From the NCBI GenBank assembly GCA_965644315.1, contig CBFFRQ010000062.1:248001-312000 (forward strand): a DNA stretch of 64,000 nt, read 5' to 3'. Numbering within the stretch: the first letter of the stretch is position 1; the number at the start of each line of letters is the position of its first letter. This document shows, piece by piece, positions 33,301-44,300 of the stretch. A program made the translations under genes and the position numbers. Source of the stretch: Caecitellus pseudoparvulus (lineage: Eukaryota > Protista > Bigyra: Bicosoecida). Under the pieces are notes generated by a model. The model saw only the letters and a list, made by a program, of their open reading frames with translations. It was not told the DNA's origin and searched no databases.

Positions 33301-36300
33301 CCCGCGAAGCGTGGACGTTTGAGAGAAGCTGCCTGAAGGGCACGGCTCACAGCGTAGAGTTGCCGAAGAAGCCGCAGCCAGCGCTTGTGTTGAGTTTCGA
33401 GCATGCCCAGGCGCACACTCACAAGTGAGTCCTCCGTTGCCATGTGTTGCTCCCTGCCTCGAGCAGTTTGCTGGCAGCACCTGCAATGTCAGGGGCTCCG
33501 AGAGAGCGCTGCAAAGCCCACCGTCGTCGCCTTGAGCACTTGCATCACCCCACCACCAAGAGTTGTGAAGGTTGCTTGTTGGTGCAGGTGGCTGCCTTGG
33601 GTACAAGACAACAGCTAGGCTCGTATTGCCTACAGCTCGCACTTTCAAGTCGACGGAAACGTGCCCCTCAGGTGTCCCACCAGTAACGATGGGGAGACGG
33701 CTCACCCCTGCTCCGCAGAGGGGACCCGACAACTCTCGCCTGCCCTCACCCACAGCCACAACATCGAGCACCCTATCCGCCAGAATGCTCTGAGGTGTCA
33801 GTGTTGTTCCACCCCAGTCTGCAATGTGTGCTGTGAGAACGGGCACCTGTGCTGGAAGCGGGAGCAGCGCTGGAGCATCGTCAAAGCTGACCGCGACCGC
33901 GGCTTGTGTCAGCGTGGAATGTTGAACTGAAGCAGCACCAGCGCGCACCGCCACTGTGACAGGAACAGTGATCTGTTCCTCTGTTGGTCCACCAGGGCTA
34001 CTTGCAATGGCAAACACCACGTGGGCGTGAGCGGAGCCCTGTTTTGGGAGCCCGTCTCCAGCAACACTGATCTGCCACGATACATCCTGGCCAACGGGGA
34101 CCATTCGCTCAGTAGACAGCGCTGTTGAGTTCTCGCCCGTCGTAAGCCAGCCGCCGTGAAGCACTCTGCGGTCCAGGTGCGGCTTGCTGGTTGCCAGCTG
34201 GCCCACGTCAATGCCTTCGAGAGTCCTTGCAGCTTGGTACACGATGCTGCTGCGGATGTACACAGCATTGCTGGCATGGTTTTGGAGCAGTATGTCCCCG
34301 CGAGCACTGGGGCCACCATGTTCTGGTCGCCGAGTCAGCCCCCGCACATGCACCGAAGGTGGGCACGCGCTCACAGACCGTTGCAGCAGCTGAACTGGAA
34401 CACGGCGAGGGTCAACGATACCCGCCAGCTTGCGAGCGAATATGTATGTGGACTGCAGTCCTGCCCCGAGGGAGGACCCATTGAAAGCTAGCGTTATCAC
34501 ATGAGATGTGAAAGGGGCAATGCTCGCATGAACGCATCTGAAAGTCGTGTTCGTCTCAAGGCCAACGTCAGGTGCGCATGCCACTGACAGACCCTGCAGG
34601 GCCACTTCCAGCCATTGCAAGTCTGTGGGCACCGCCATATGCACCGTCATTGAGACATGCCCCGGGTTTCCTAGGACCACGCTTTGGCTGGGCACGATGC
34701 CACCTGGTGCGGACTGCACCAGCACATGACTAGGGCGAACGACTGGGGCCAAGGGCAGCACTGACACAACAACAGGCAGAGAGAGTCCAACTGGTTGGTC
34801 TGAGGTAGCGTCCAGGGCAATCAAATCAAACGCATACAGGCCTGGAACGCGGGACGACAGGGGCGCCCAGCTTGCCACAAGCTCAACAGTATGTCTAGCA
34901 ACTTGCTCCTGTCCTTCCACGCTGAGTACTGTGGAGGAATTAAATGAGAGGCTAGGGAAACCAAGCAAAGCTGTCTCGTGCTCGTTCACACATTCATGCA
35001 CGGCTGAAGCTTGGATAGGGTAAATCCAACATTCTGATGTTGTAGGCCCCGAAAGGGCGCCATCTGACCGCAGAGACAGCGTTGCCGACGCATTCCGTCC
35101 GTATAAGGTGACAGTGGTCGTTGCCGTTGCAGACCACTGCTCCAGAGTGATCAAAATGCCGCCTGGAGAGCCAAGGCTTGTATGCCACAGTCGTTCACCA
35201 ACACCAAGGGGGACGACGGTTTGACTCGGGGACGTTGTGGGTGTTGCACGTGCGACGCTGCTTTGCGATGGGGAACTACTTGAAGAGGCACTGGCTGACT
35301 GTGAAGGGCTCCTGCTGCTTGATGGCGTGCCGGTGGAGGTGGGCGTGCCTGACGTGGATGGTGTACCCGAGGGTGTGCCAGTGGGCGACACAGACGACGT
35401 GGCCGAGCTCGTGGAGGTGGGGGAACGCGTAGTGGAGGGCGTCGCGCCATTGGATGGCGTGGGCGTGCCTGTTGCAGCAGCAGTGGGCGTACCTGATGTG
35501 GATGGCGTGCCGGTGGAGGTGGGCGTGCCTGATGTGGATGGCGTGCCGGTGGAGGTGGGCGTGCTTGACGTGGATGGTGTACCCGAGGGTGTGCCAGTGG
35601 GCGACACAGACGACGTGGCCGAGCTCGTGGAGGTGGGGGAACGCGTGGTGGAGGGCGTGGCACCACCTGACGGTGTCGATGTGCCTGTTGCAGCAGCAGT
35701 GGGCGTACCTGACGTGGATGGCGTGCCGGTGGAGGTGGGCGTGCCTGATGTGGATGGCGTGCCGGTGGAGGTGGGCGTGCCTGATGTGGATGGCGTGCCG
35801 GTGGAGGTGGGCGTGCCTGATGTGGATGGCGTGCCGGTGGAGGTGGGCGTGCCTGACGTGGATGGTGTACCCGAGGGTGTGCCAGTGGGCGACACAGACG
35901 ACGTGGCCGAGCTCGTGGAGGTGGGGGAACGCGTGGTGGAGGGCGTCGCGCCATTGGATGGCGTGGGCGTGCCCGTTGCAGCAGCAGTGGGCGTGCCTGA
36001 TGTGGATGGCGTGCCGGTGGAGGTGGGCGTGCCTGACGTGGATGGCGTGCCGGTGGAGGTGGGCGTGCCTGACGTGGATGGCGTGCCGGTGGAGGTGGGC
36101 GTGCCCGATGTGGATGGTGTGCCGGTGGAGGTGGGCGTGCCTGATGTGGACGGCGTGCCGGTGGAGGTGGGCGTGCCTGACGTGGATGGCGTACCCGAGG
36201 GTGTGCCAGTGGGCGACACAGACGACGTGGCCGAGCTCGTGGAGGTGGGGGAACGCGTGGTGGAGGGCGTCGCGCCATTGGATGGCGTGGGCGTGCCCGT

Positions 36301-39300
36301 TGCAGCAGCAGTGGGCGTACCTGATGTGGATGGCGTGCCGGTGGAGGTGGGCGTGCCTGATGTGGATGGCGTGCCGGTGGAGGTGGGCGTGCCCGATGTG
36401 GATGGTGTACCCGAGGGTGTGCCAGTGGGCGACACAGACGACGTGGCCGAGCTCGTGGAGGTGGGGGAACGCGTAGTGGAGGGCGTCGCGCCATTGGATG
36501 GCGTGGGCGTGCCTGTTGCAGCAGCAGTGGGCGTGCCTGATGTGGATGGCGTGCCGGTGGAGGTGGGCGTGCCTGATGTGGATGGCGTGCCGGTGGAGGT
36601 GGGCGTGCCTGATGTGGATGGCGTGCCGGTGGAGGTGGGCGTGCTTGACGTGGATGGTGTACCCGAGGGTGTGACAGTGGGCGACACAGACGACGTGGCC
36701 GAGCTCGTGGAGGTGGGGGAACGCGTGGTGGAGGGCGTGGTGGAGGGCGTGGCACCACCTGACGGTGTCGGTGTGCCTGTTGCAGCAGCAGTGGGCGTGC
36801 CTGATGTGGATGGCGTGCCGGTGGAGGTGGGCGTGCCTGATGTGGATGGCGTGCCGGTGGAGGTGGGCGTGCCTGACGTGGATGGCGTACCCGAGGGTGT
36901 GCCAGTGGGCGACACAGACGACGTGGCCGAGCTCGTGGAGGTGGGGGAACGCGTGGTGGAGGGCGTGGTGGAGGGCGTGGCACCACCTGACGGTGTCGGT
37001 GTGCCTGTTGCAGCAGCAGTGGGCGTGCCTGACGTGGATGGCGTGCCGGTGGAGGTGGGCGTGCCTGATGTGGATGGCGTGCCGGTGGAGGTGGGCGTGC
37101 CTGATGTGGATGGTGTGCCGGTGGAGGTGGGCGTGCCTGATGTGGATGGCGTGCCGGTGGAGGTGGGCGTGCCTGATGTGGATGGCGTGCCGGTGGAGGT
37201 GGGCGTGCCTGATGTGGATGGCGTGCCGGTGGAGGTGGGCGTGCCCGATGTGGATGGCGTACCCGAGGGTGTGCCAGTGGGCGACACAGACGACGTGGCC
37301 GAGCTCGTGGAGGTGGGGGAACGCGTGCTGGACGGTGTTGCGCCATTGGATGGCGTGGGCGTGCCTGTTGCAGCAGCAGTGGGCGTGCCTGATGTGGATG
37401 GTGTGCCGGTGGAGGTGGGCGTGCCTGACGTGGATGGTGTGCCGGTGGAGGTGGGCGTGCTTGACGTGGATGGTGTACCCGAGGGTGTGCCAGTGGGCGA
37501 CACAGACGACGTGGCCGAGCTCGTGGAGGTGGGGGAACGCGTGGTGGAGGGCGTGGCACCACCTGACGGTGTCGGTGTGCCTGTTGCAGCAGCAGTGGGC
37601 GTGCCTGACGTGGATGGCGTGCCGGTGGAGGTGGGCGTGCCTGATGTGGATGGCGTGCCGGTGGAGGTGGGCGTGCCTGACGTGGATGGCGTGCCGGTGG
37701 AGGTGGGCGTGCCCGATGTGGATGGCGTACCCGAGGGTGTGCCAGTGGGCGACACAGACGACGTGGCCGAGCTCGTGGAGGTGGGGGAACGCGTGGTGGA
37801 GGGCGTGGCACCACCTGACGTTGTCGGTGTGCCTGTTGCAGCAGCAGTGGGCGTGCCTGACGTGGATGGCGTGCCGGTGGAGGTGGGCGTGCCCGATGTG
37901 GATGGCGTACCCGAGGGTGTGCCAGTGGGCGACACAGACGACGTGGCCGAGCTCGTGGAGGTGGGGGAACGCGTGGTGGAGGGCGTGGCACCACCTGACG
38001 GTGTCGGTGTGCCTGTTGCAGCAGCAGTGGGCGAGCCTGACGTGGATGGTGTGCCGGTGGAGGTGGGCGTGCCTGATGTGGATGGCGTGCCGGTGGAGGT
38101 GGGCGTGCCTGACGTGGATGGCGTGCCGGTGGAGGTGGGCGTGCCTGATGTGGATGGCGTGCCGGTGGAGGTGGGCGTGCCTGATGTGGATGGCGTGCCG
38201 GTGGAGGTGGGCGTGCCTGATGTGGATGGCGTGCCGGTGGAGGTGGGCGTGCCTGATGTGGATGGCGTGCCGGTGGAGGTGGGCGTGCCTGATGTGGATG
38301 GCGTGCCGGTGGAGGTGGGCGTGCCTGACGTGGATGGCGTGCCGGTGGAGGTGGGCGTGCCTGACGTGGATGGCGTGCCGGTGGAGGTGGGCGTGCCTGA
38401 CGTGGATGGCGTGCCGGTGGAGGTGGGCGTGCCTGATGTGGATGGCGTGCCGGTGGAGGTGGGCGTGCCTGATGTGGATGGCGTGCCGGTGGAGGTGGGC
38501 GTGCCTGATGTGGATGGCGTGCCGGTGGAGGTGGGCGTGCCCGATGTGGATGGCGTGCCGGTGGAGGTGGGCGTGCCTGACGTGGATGGCGTGCCGGTGG
38601 AGGTGGGCGTGCCCGATGTGGATGGTGTGCCGGTGGAGGTGGGCGTGCCTGATGTGGATGGCGTGCCGGTGGAGGTGGGCGTGCCTGACGTGGATGGCGT
38701 GCCGGTGGAGGTGGGCGTGCCTGATGTGGATGGTGTGCCGGTGGAGGTGGGTGTGCCTGATGTGGATGGTGTGCCGGTGGAGGTTGGTGTACTTGAGACA
38801 GACTGTGTGGCTGTTCCAGAGGGTGTCACTGTTGAAGAGGTTGTTACTGTTGGCGAACCACTTGCTGTAGGGGTTGGCGAGCTTGTGGGTGTGGGAAAGC
38901 TCGTGATTGTGGCGGAGAAGGTGGGAGGTGGTGTTGGAAAGGGAGTTGGTGGGCTCGATGGAGCCGACGATGGTGAAGGAGTGGAACCTGGCCCTCCACA
39001 CTCTGGCCAGGGGCATGTTGGTGTTCCGTGCGTGGGTTGACAATTGATGCATGGGTTACATGACTCAGCCCCCCCACCGTTGTTGGCGCTTTGCTGGTAC
39101 GTGTTGGGCGGGCACCTCTTGCACTGCAAGTGGGAGCAGGGTGTGGAGTGGACGCTGCGCGCCATCTGCCTCCAAGCAGTGCTTACGGTTGGAGGTATGT
39201 AGCAGTTAACAAGCCTTCTAGCTCGATTTTCAACATTATTGTCGAGGAGCACCTGCGCAGGGTGAAGAGCACGAGGGAGAAGCGTGGTTCGCTTGTTCTG

Positions 39301-39738
39301 CCCGAAACAGCGCTTCTGTTTGGTTGCGCACGTCTTCCATGCGGCGAATACGACAAATATCTGTCCCTAAGCAGTTGCCATTGACTTGATAGTACCCTTC
39401 AGGGCCTGCGGCAGCAGCGGGATGCTCGGAGTGAGAAGTGCCAAGGCACGCGTCGATGGTGTGGCGCCCGTAAGACACGTACAGCAACAGCCGACTTGCC
39501 CTGAACTACAGGGCTGAATGGTCGTGGAGGACAATTCTCTGTTCCAAGCCTCAAAGTACTCCCAGTAACTGGATGAGTCGGGATCGTCGCTGCCATCGGC
39601 AGAGGCAGGGTTGCGGTTGAAGCTGTCGGCTGGGGCGAGCGTGGTGGCCGGCTGCGTGCTTCGCTCCGCGGTAGCGCCCTCATAGGCGTTGCTAGCAAGG
39701 AAAGCTACCAGTCCGGAAAGGAACAGAAGCGTCTTCAT
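30373..39738 (-). CDS. Giant (~3,000 aa) surface receptor-like protein: signal peptide, TNFR/GCC-like Cys-rich head, ~1,200-aa Thr/Ser/Pro/Gly mucin stalk, beta-sandwich domains, Cys-rich repeats, multi-pass TM region, disordered tail
   Basis: MKTLLFLSGLVAFLASNA. Introns 39406..39482, 39253..39331 and 39124..39186 give CCCPEGYY..CKRCPPNTYQ..SCNPC. Also CEPCPSGSFS..CEVCPSGT..CVPCGEGVEC..C..GH..LC..C..GW, followed by 8-10 hydrophobic segments. Confidence 0.85.
35320..38790. repeat. Higher-order coding minisatellite: 36-nt unit (TPTSTGTPSTSG) interleaved with 11 copies of a ~120-nt module (AAATGTPTPS[G/N]GATPSTTRSPTSTSSATSSVSPTGTPSG)
   Basis: Unit gatgtggatggcgtgccggtggaggtgggcgtgcct; ~21 uninterrupted copies at 38030-38790; variable numbers of units between modules elsewhere. 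Confidence 0.97.
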
Positions 39739-41353
39739 CTCTTCCTGGTGTGCGGAGGCAGGGGGCTCGCTGCCTGTGGCGCTAGTCGCCCACAGTGAAG
39801 ATGGTGTGAGCGCGCTGAAGTGGGAGCCACCCCGCCAAACCGACAGTGCGCTTGAAGGTGTTCGAGGCCCAACTACCGAGATGCTAGCCTCTAGGCATGG
39901 GAGCAGAGGTTGAGGTGTTGGATCGTTTGGCACTGCGCAGCGCTTGTCATTGCTCCGCTTGCCGTGGGAGGGGGGCAGTGGTGTGTGTGTGTGCGGACGC
40001 ACGATTCCCCTCCAGCGCGAGCTGCTCTTCTTAACCCCAGGAATTAGCCATCCTCTTCTCGTGCAGGCTGGAGGGCTTGATTTCATCGTCCCGGTGTATT
40101 CCACCGCACTTGCACGCGGGCAGTGGGGAGCAGCCTCTGTAGGTGCTGCGGCAGCGCGGCATGTTCTTTCGCGCTCCAACTTCGTCTTGTGCAGCGCGCA
40201 GCAATGCGGCTACGGGACTTGTGCAGGTGGCCTGGAGCAGGTCCAGCCTTGCTGCTGGGGACTCAGTCTCGTGCATTTAGCCCATGGAGCGCCCCTTCCT
40301 GCAAGCACGATGGCTATGGATGCGGGTAAGCGGCAAAGTGCTCTTCGCCGGCGGCCGTGTCGCAGCGAACCCCTGCCAGAAACACAGGGAGCATGGAGTT
40401 AGGCTCCACCAGCATGCAGCGCTGCCTATCGCACGCTGGCAAGGTGCGATCCTTCCCCCATGGCACCCTATGCATGCCATTGCTTGACGGTCCATGCACT
40501 ATGCCGAGCAGCAGCGCCTCGTGTGGCGTGCAGCTGCTGGACTGTGTGCAGCCTTTCGCGTGCGCCTTGCAAGAGGGTTGCTCCTGCTGCTGCGTCCACT
40601 CTGACCAGCTTCTGGATCCCTCTTTGGTGGCTGGGGCTCTAGGCGGGGAGTAAAGAGTGCGTCTTGGCGCGTGTGCGCCCGGCCAAACCACTCTGCAAGC
40701 CCACGTTTGACGTGCTACCTCGCAAGCCGGTGGGCGGGAGGGAGCAACCGTGGTGCACTGCACTTGCTCGCTGGCGCAGCTGCAGCGCTTGGCCATGGCG
40801 CGGGCTAGAGGAAAGCATTGCAGGCGACTGACTGGCGGCACGACATTACGTGGCTTTACGTGTTGTCCACTACCACAGGTCCCGGAGAGAGGCTGTGAGA
40901 GCCAGTTTTAGGGGCCAGCTACTGGCCTCATTCGAGGCAAGCCCACACACCATGCGACTTGCTTTGAATGCAGCAGTCTGCCAAGTGCACCTTGGAGCAA
41001 AATGATGATAACTGGAGACTTGCTCCTGGGTGGAGTTTGTATCGCAGGGAACTGGGGCCTCATGGTCGTGTCAGCGCATGCACCAGCACGATGCAGTGAG
41101 AGGCCAGGCTGGAACCTCATTTCGCAGTCGGGCAACAATACAGAAATGAACAAATCAACGCATGCGAAGCTTCTGGCGCTGAGGTTGGCGCCGCCATTGC
41201 TCATGCACTCCACTGGCGCGACTCTTACAGCAGGTGGAAGTCCAGCAGCGGCTCAAGTCCCTTCAGAGGCGGCAAGACCGCCTTTGGTTCTGAAGGTCGC
41301 ATGCTTGACTTTCCGCAGTCAAGCTTGTGAGACCCCTGCTTCTGAAGTACGCT

Positions 41354-44300
41354 ATGTCGGCAAAACGAAGGTTCACCAAGCTGCGCCGGGTCATTGAGCG
41401 GCACTTTGACAGCAATGTGAGCACAGCAGCCCAGGCGTGCAGCGCCGTGCCCATGGGGTAGCAGCGAGCTGTGTTCTTGCGAAAAGGCTGATGCGAATCA
41501 CCCAGGTCTGTGCACGTGCACCCCCCCCACTGTGCCGCAGTTGCTGTTGGAAGCGCCAACGAATAGCGGCGCCGCGGGACAGTCCAGCGCAGGGCAAAGC
41601 AGTGCTGCCACGCCTTTGCAGCCTGCACAGCCGCTGGTGCCTCCCGGGAAGGCAGTTCCCATAGGAGACATCCTTTGTTGGGAAGACGTTGCAGCTTTGA
41701 CCCGTAGCCACGATGATGGTGCGTTCTGCGACGCAGGCATGCTGGATGAGGCGTGGTGTACCTGTCCGCAATTTCCGCATCCGCGCAGTTGTCAAGTGTT
41801 TAGACGAGTCTTTCATCTGCCAAGTTTCCCCTAAACGCACACACGTTGGTTTATACCCGCCTGATGTGCGTGCTCAGTTTGTTCAAGGGCAGCTGGCGTT
41901 CTACTTCTCGGACGAGCACTATGAAAGTCGAACGTACCCGAAACAGTACGCGGACGAGAATGGCTTCGTGCGCATCCGGGAGCTGTCGCAGTCAGGGCGC
42001 CTGCGAGCGATGGGTGCCACCCCAGCCATGGTCGCACAGGCGGCAGCTGCGTGCTCCTTGACTGTCCTTGCGCCTGACGCTCCTCCTCGCCTGCGCAAGG
42101 CCACACGCCACGAGCGAATCGCTGCAGCAGTGGTGCAGCTGCTCGCCCCCGAAACCGACCCCATTCGCTCCAACATTGCGCCGGGAGGGGATGCCCAGCT
42201 ATCAGACCAGTTCATTCGGGAGCACTGCAGTGCAACCCCCGGCGGGCTGCTGCGCCTGCGCCTGGTGGTGTCGTTGCCCCCGTTGGAGAATTGGGGCGCC
42301 ACCCCTCGAGAAGTGGCTGCTGCACTCACTGGCTGGGGCAGCGACGCACAGGCCCAGCGCGGCGGGGAGGCCAGCATGCCCAGCGAGCTGTCTGTCGAGG
42401 CAAAGGAAGACGGGGTGCTGCTGGCGGCTGCGGTGCCTTTTGACGCCATTGCGCGAAGCGACACCTGTCCCGTTCTGCTGCTGCACGTGCAGTCAGGGGA
42501 GCCCCCTTCCGAGGCGCGCAGCCTTCCAACCTCTGCTGCAGCCTCGGCCGTATGGGATGAGTGGGGTGTGTGTCTGGATGAAGGTGCGCGTCGCCGCATT
42601 GAGGCCATGGGAGCGGCTGTGCGAGCCGCGCGGGCTGAGGCGGCGGCCGCCCCACCCCCCCCTGCACAGCCGCCATGTAGTCAGCCCAGCAGTGCCACAA
42701 GCATGACCGGCGGGGACGCTGGGAGGTCGGCAGCTGCCTTGCTGGCAGGGGGCGCCGCTGTCGCTGCTGCGGCGCAGCGCATGGCGGCTGGGTCGGGGCA
42801 GCCGGGCGGCGAGGGGCGTGGCCTGTACACCTCTGTGGCCAGTCCTGGGTACATGCACGCTGGTCACTCGGCAGGCGTGGGTGTGCAGCTGCCCTTGCCC
42901 ATGGCCAGTCTGCACGGCTACGGGCAGCATGGCATGGCGATGATGATGGGCAGGTACCCCCACACAGTGGAGCGCGGGCAGATCCCTGACCTGCACCAGG
43001 CAGTGCAGCGCCCCCCTCCCCCTGAGCAGCAGGCAGTGCAAGCCCCCTCTGTGCCCGATGTTGTGGAGCAGGTGCGCTCGACAGAGCCTGGTGCTGACGT
43101 GGCCTTGCTGCGGCCCATCGTGCACCAAGTGGCGTGGCTGCTGTCCCCTGCTGTGCTGGTGGCTGATCGGTACCTGCAGCGGCAAGGCAGGACAGTTCAG
43201 GTGGACAGGGCTCAGTGGGTGCAGTGTGCTGCTGGCGACAGCGCCGCTGACAAGCGTGTGGGGTGGGCATTGGAGGACTTGGCGGCACACCCGCAGCTGG
43301 AGCTGGCGTTAACGGCAGCGCTGGCATCTATGTCTGATGACCAGCGACTGGACACAGATGACCCTTCAGCTCTGCTGCGGGTGGCGCTGGAATGGGGAGT
43401 GGAGCAGCTGCCAGTGTTTCTGGCACCTCCTGCCACTGCCACGGAGGCTCTCATGGTGGTTCTGTGTGGACCCTTCCCACCCCAGCGCCTGTGGACAGCC
43501 GTGGAACCCCAGCTTTACTCCGTTGCGGTGAACGAGCGAGGCTTGGGGGGCGGCGGGGAAAGCGAAGCTTGGCCCCTCGGCCGAGCAGACGAGACCACTC
43601 GGGGTCGTGTTTCAGGGTCCGATTCAGGGTCGGGCAAGGAGGGCAGTGGTGAGCGTAGCCCCGTGTCCATGAAGCTGTCCCCTTGGCACCTGGGTGTGGA
43701 TGCAGTTGGGGGCTCCTCGGTGCAAGTGGTCGTGGCACCGGCTGCGGTGGATGCGCTGGGCGGTGCGGAGGCGGTGCTGGATGCCCTGTCCACAGGGCGT
43801 GATGACACCAGCGCAGCCTCCACGGCCACCCCCACCTTCCCAGCTGACGCGCGTTTCATGGCCAGGGCTGCCAGCGGCGAGAGTGCCGACCTACTGGAGG
43901 CCACGGGTCTGGAGGAGGACGGCACCGCAGAAGGCTCCTCCATCCCCCCCCCTCACCGCGGCCTGCCGACACTGAACACGACCAACCTTCCTCGATTGCA
44001 CTCTGCAGGGTCCTCTGGCTCCCTCTCGTCAGAGACCAGTGGCGTGTGGGGCGGTGGCGCAGGTGGCCGGTCCATGCGATCGGGGGCAGTGCACATGGTC
44101 AGCCCCAGCGCCCGGGCCCTGCTGTCACTAGGGGGGACGACTCGCAATGTGAAGCGTGCAGACCGCCTGAGCATCAGCAGCGCCCCCGATGCGGCGCCTG
44201 GCGGGCACCCCTTGTACAGGTCCCACTCTGCTCCAGTCATGGGGGAGGGGTCAGCCCGGCGGGGGTCATGGGACGGGCGCACAGCGGGCATCGCCTTCCC

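Noticed and set aside
35320-38790. Superficially CRISPR-like 36-nt repeat
   Set aside because: No unique spacers, in-frame coding with mostly synonymous variation, eukaryotic context and no cas genes.
35237-39052. His-rich, Trp/Cys-rich, Pro/Arg-rich and Val/Asp/Gly-rich long ORFs in the repeat
   Set aside because: The 36-nt unit lacks stops in those frames. Only the Thr/Ser frame is continuous with the signal peptide and downstream domains.
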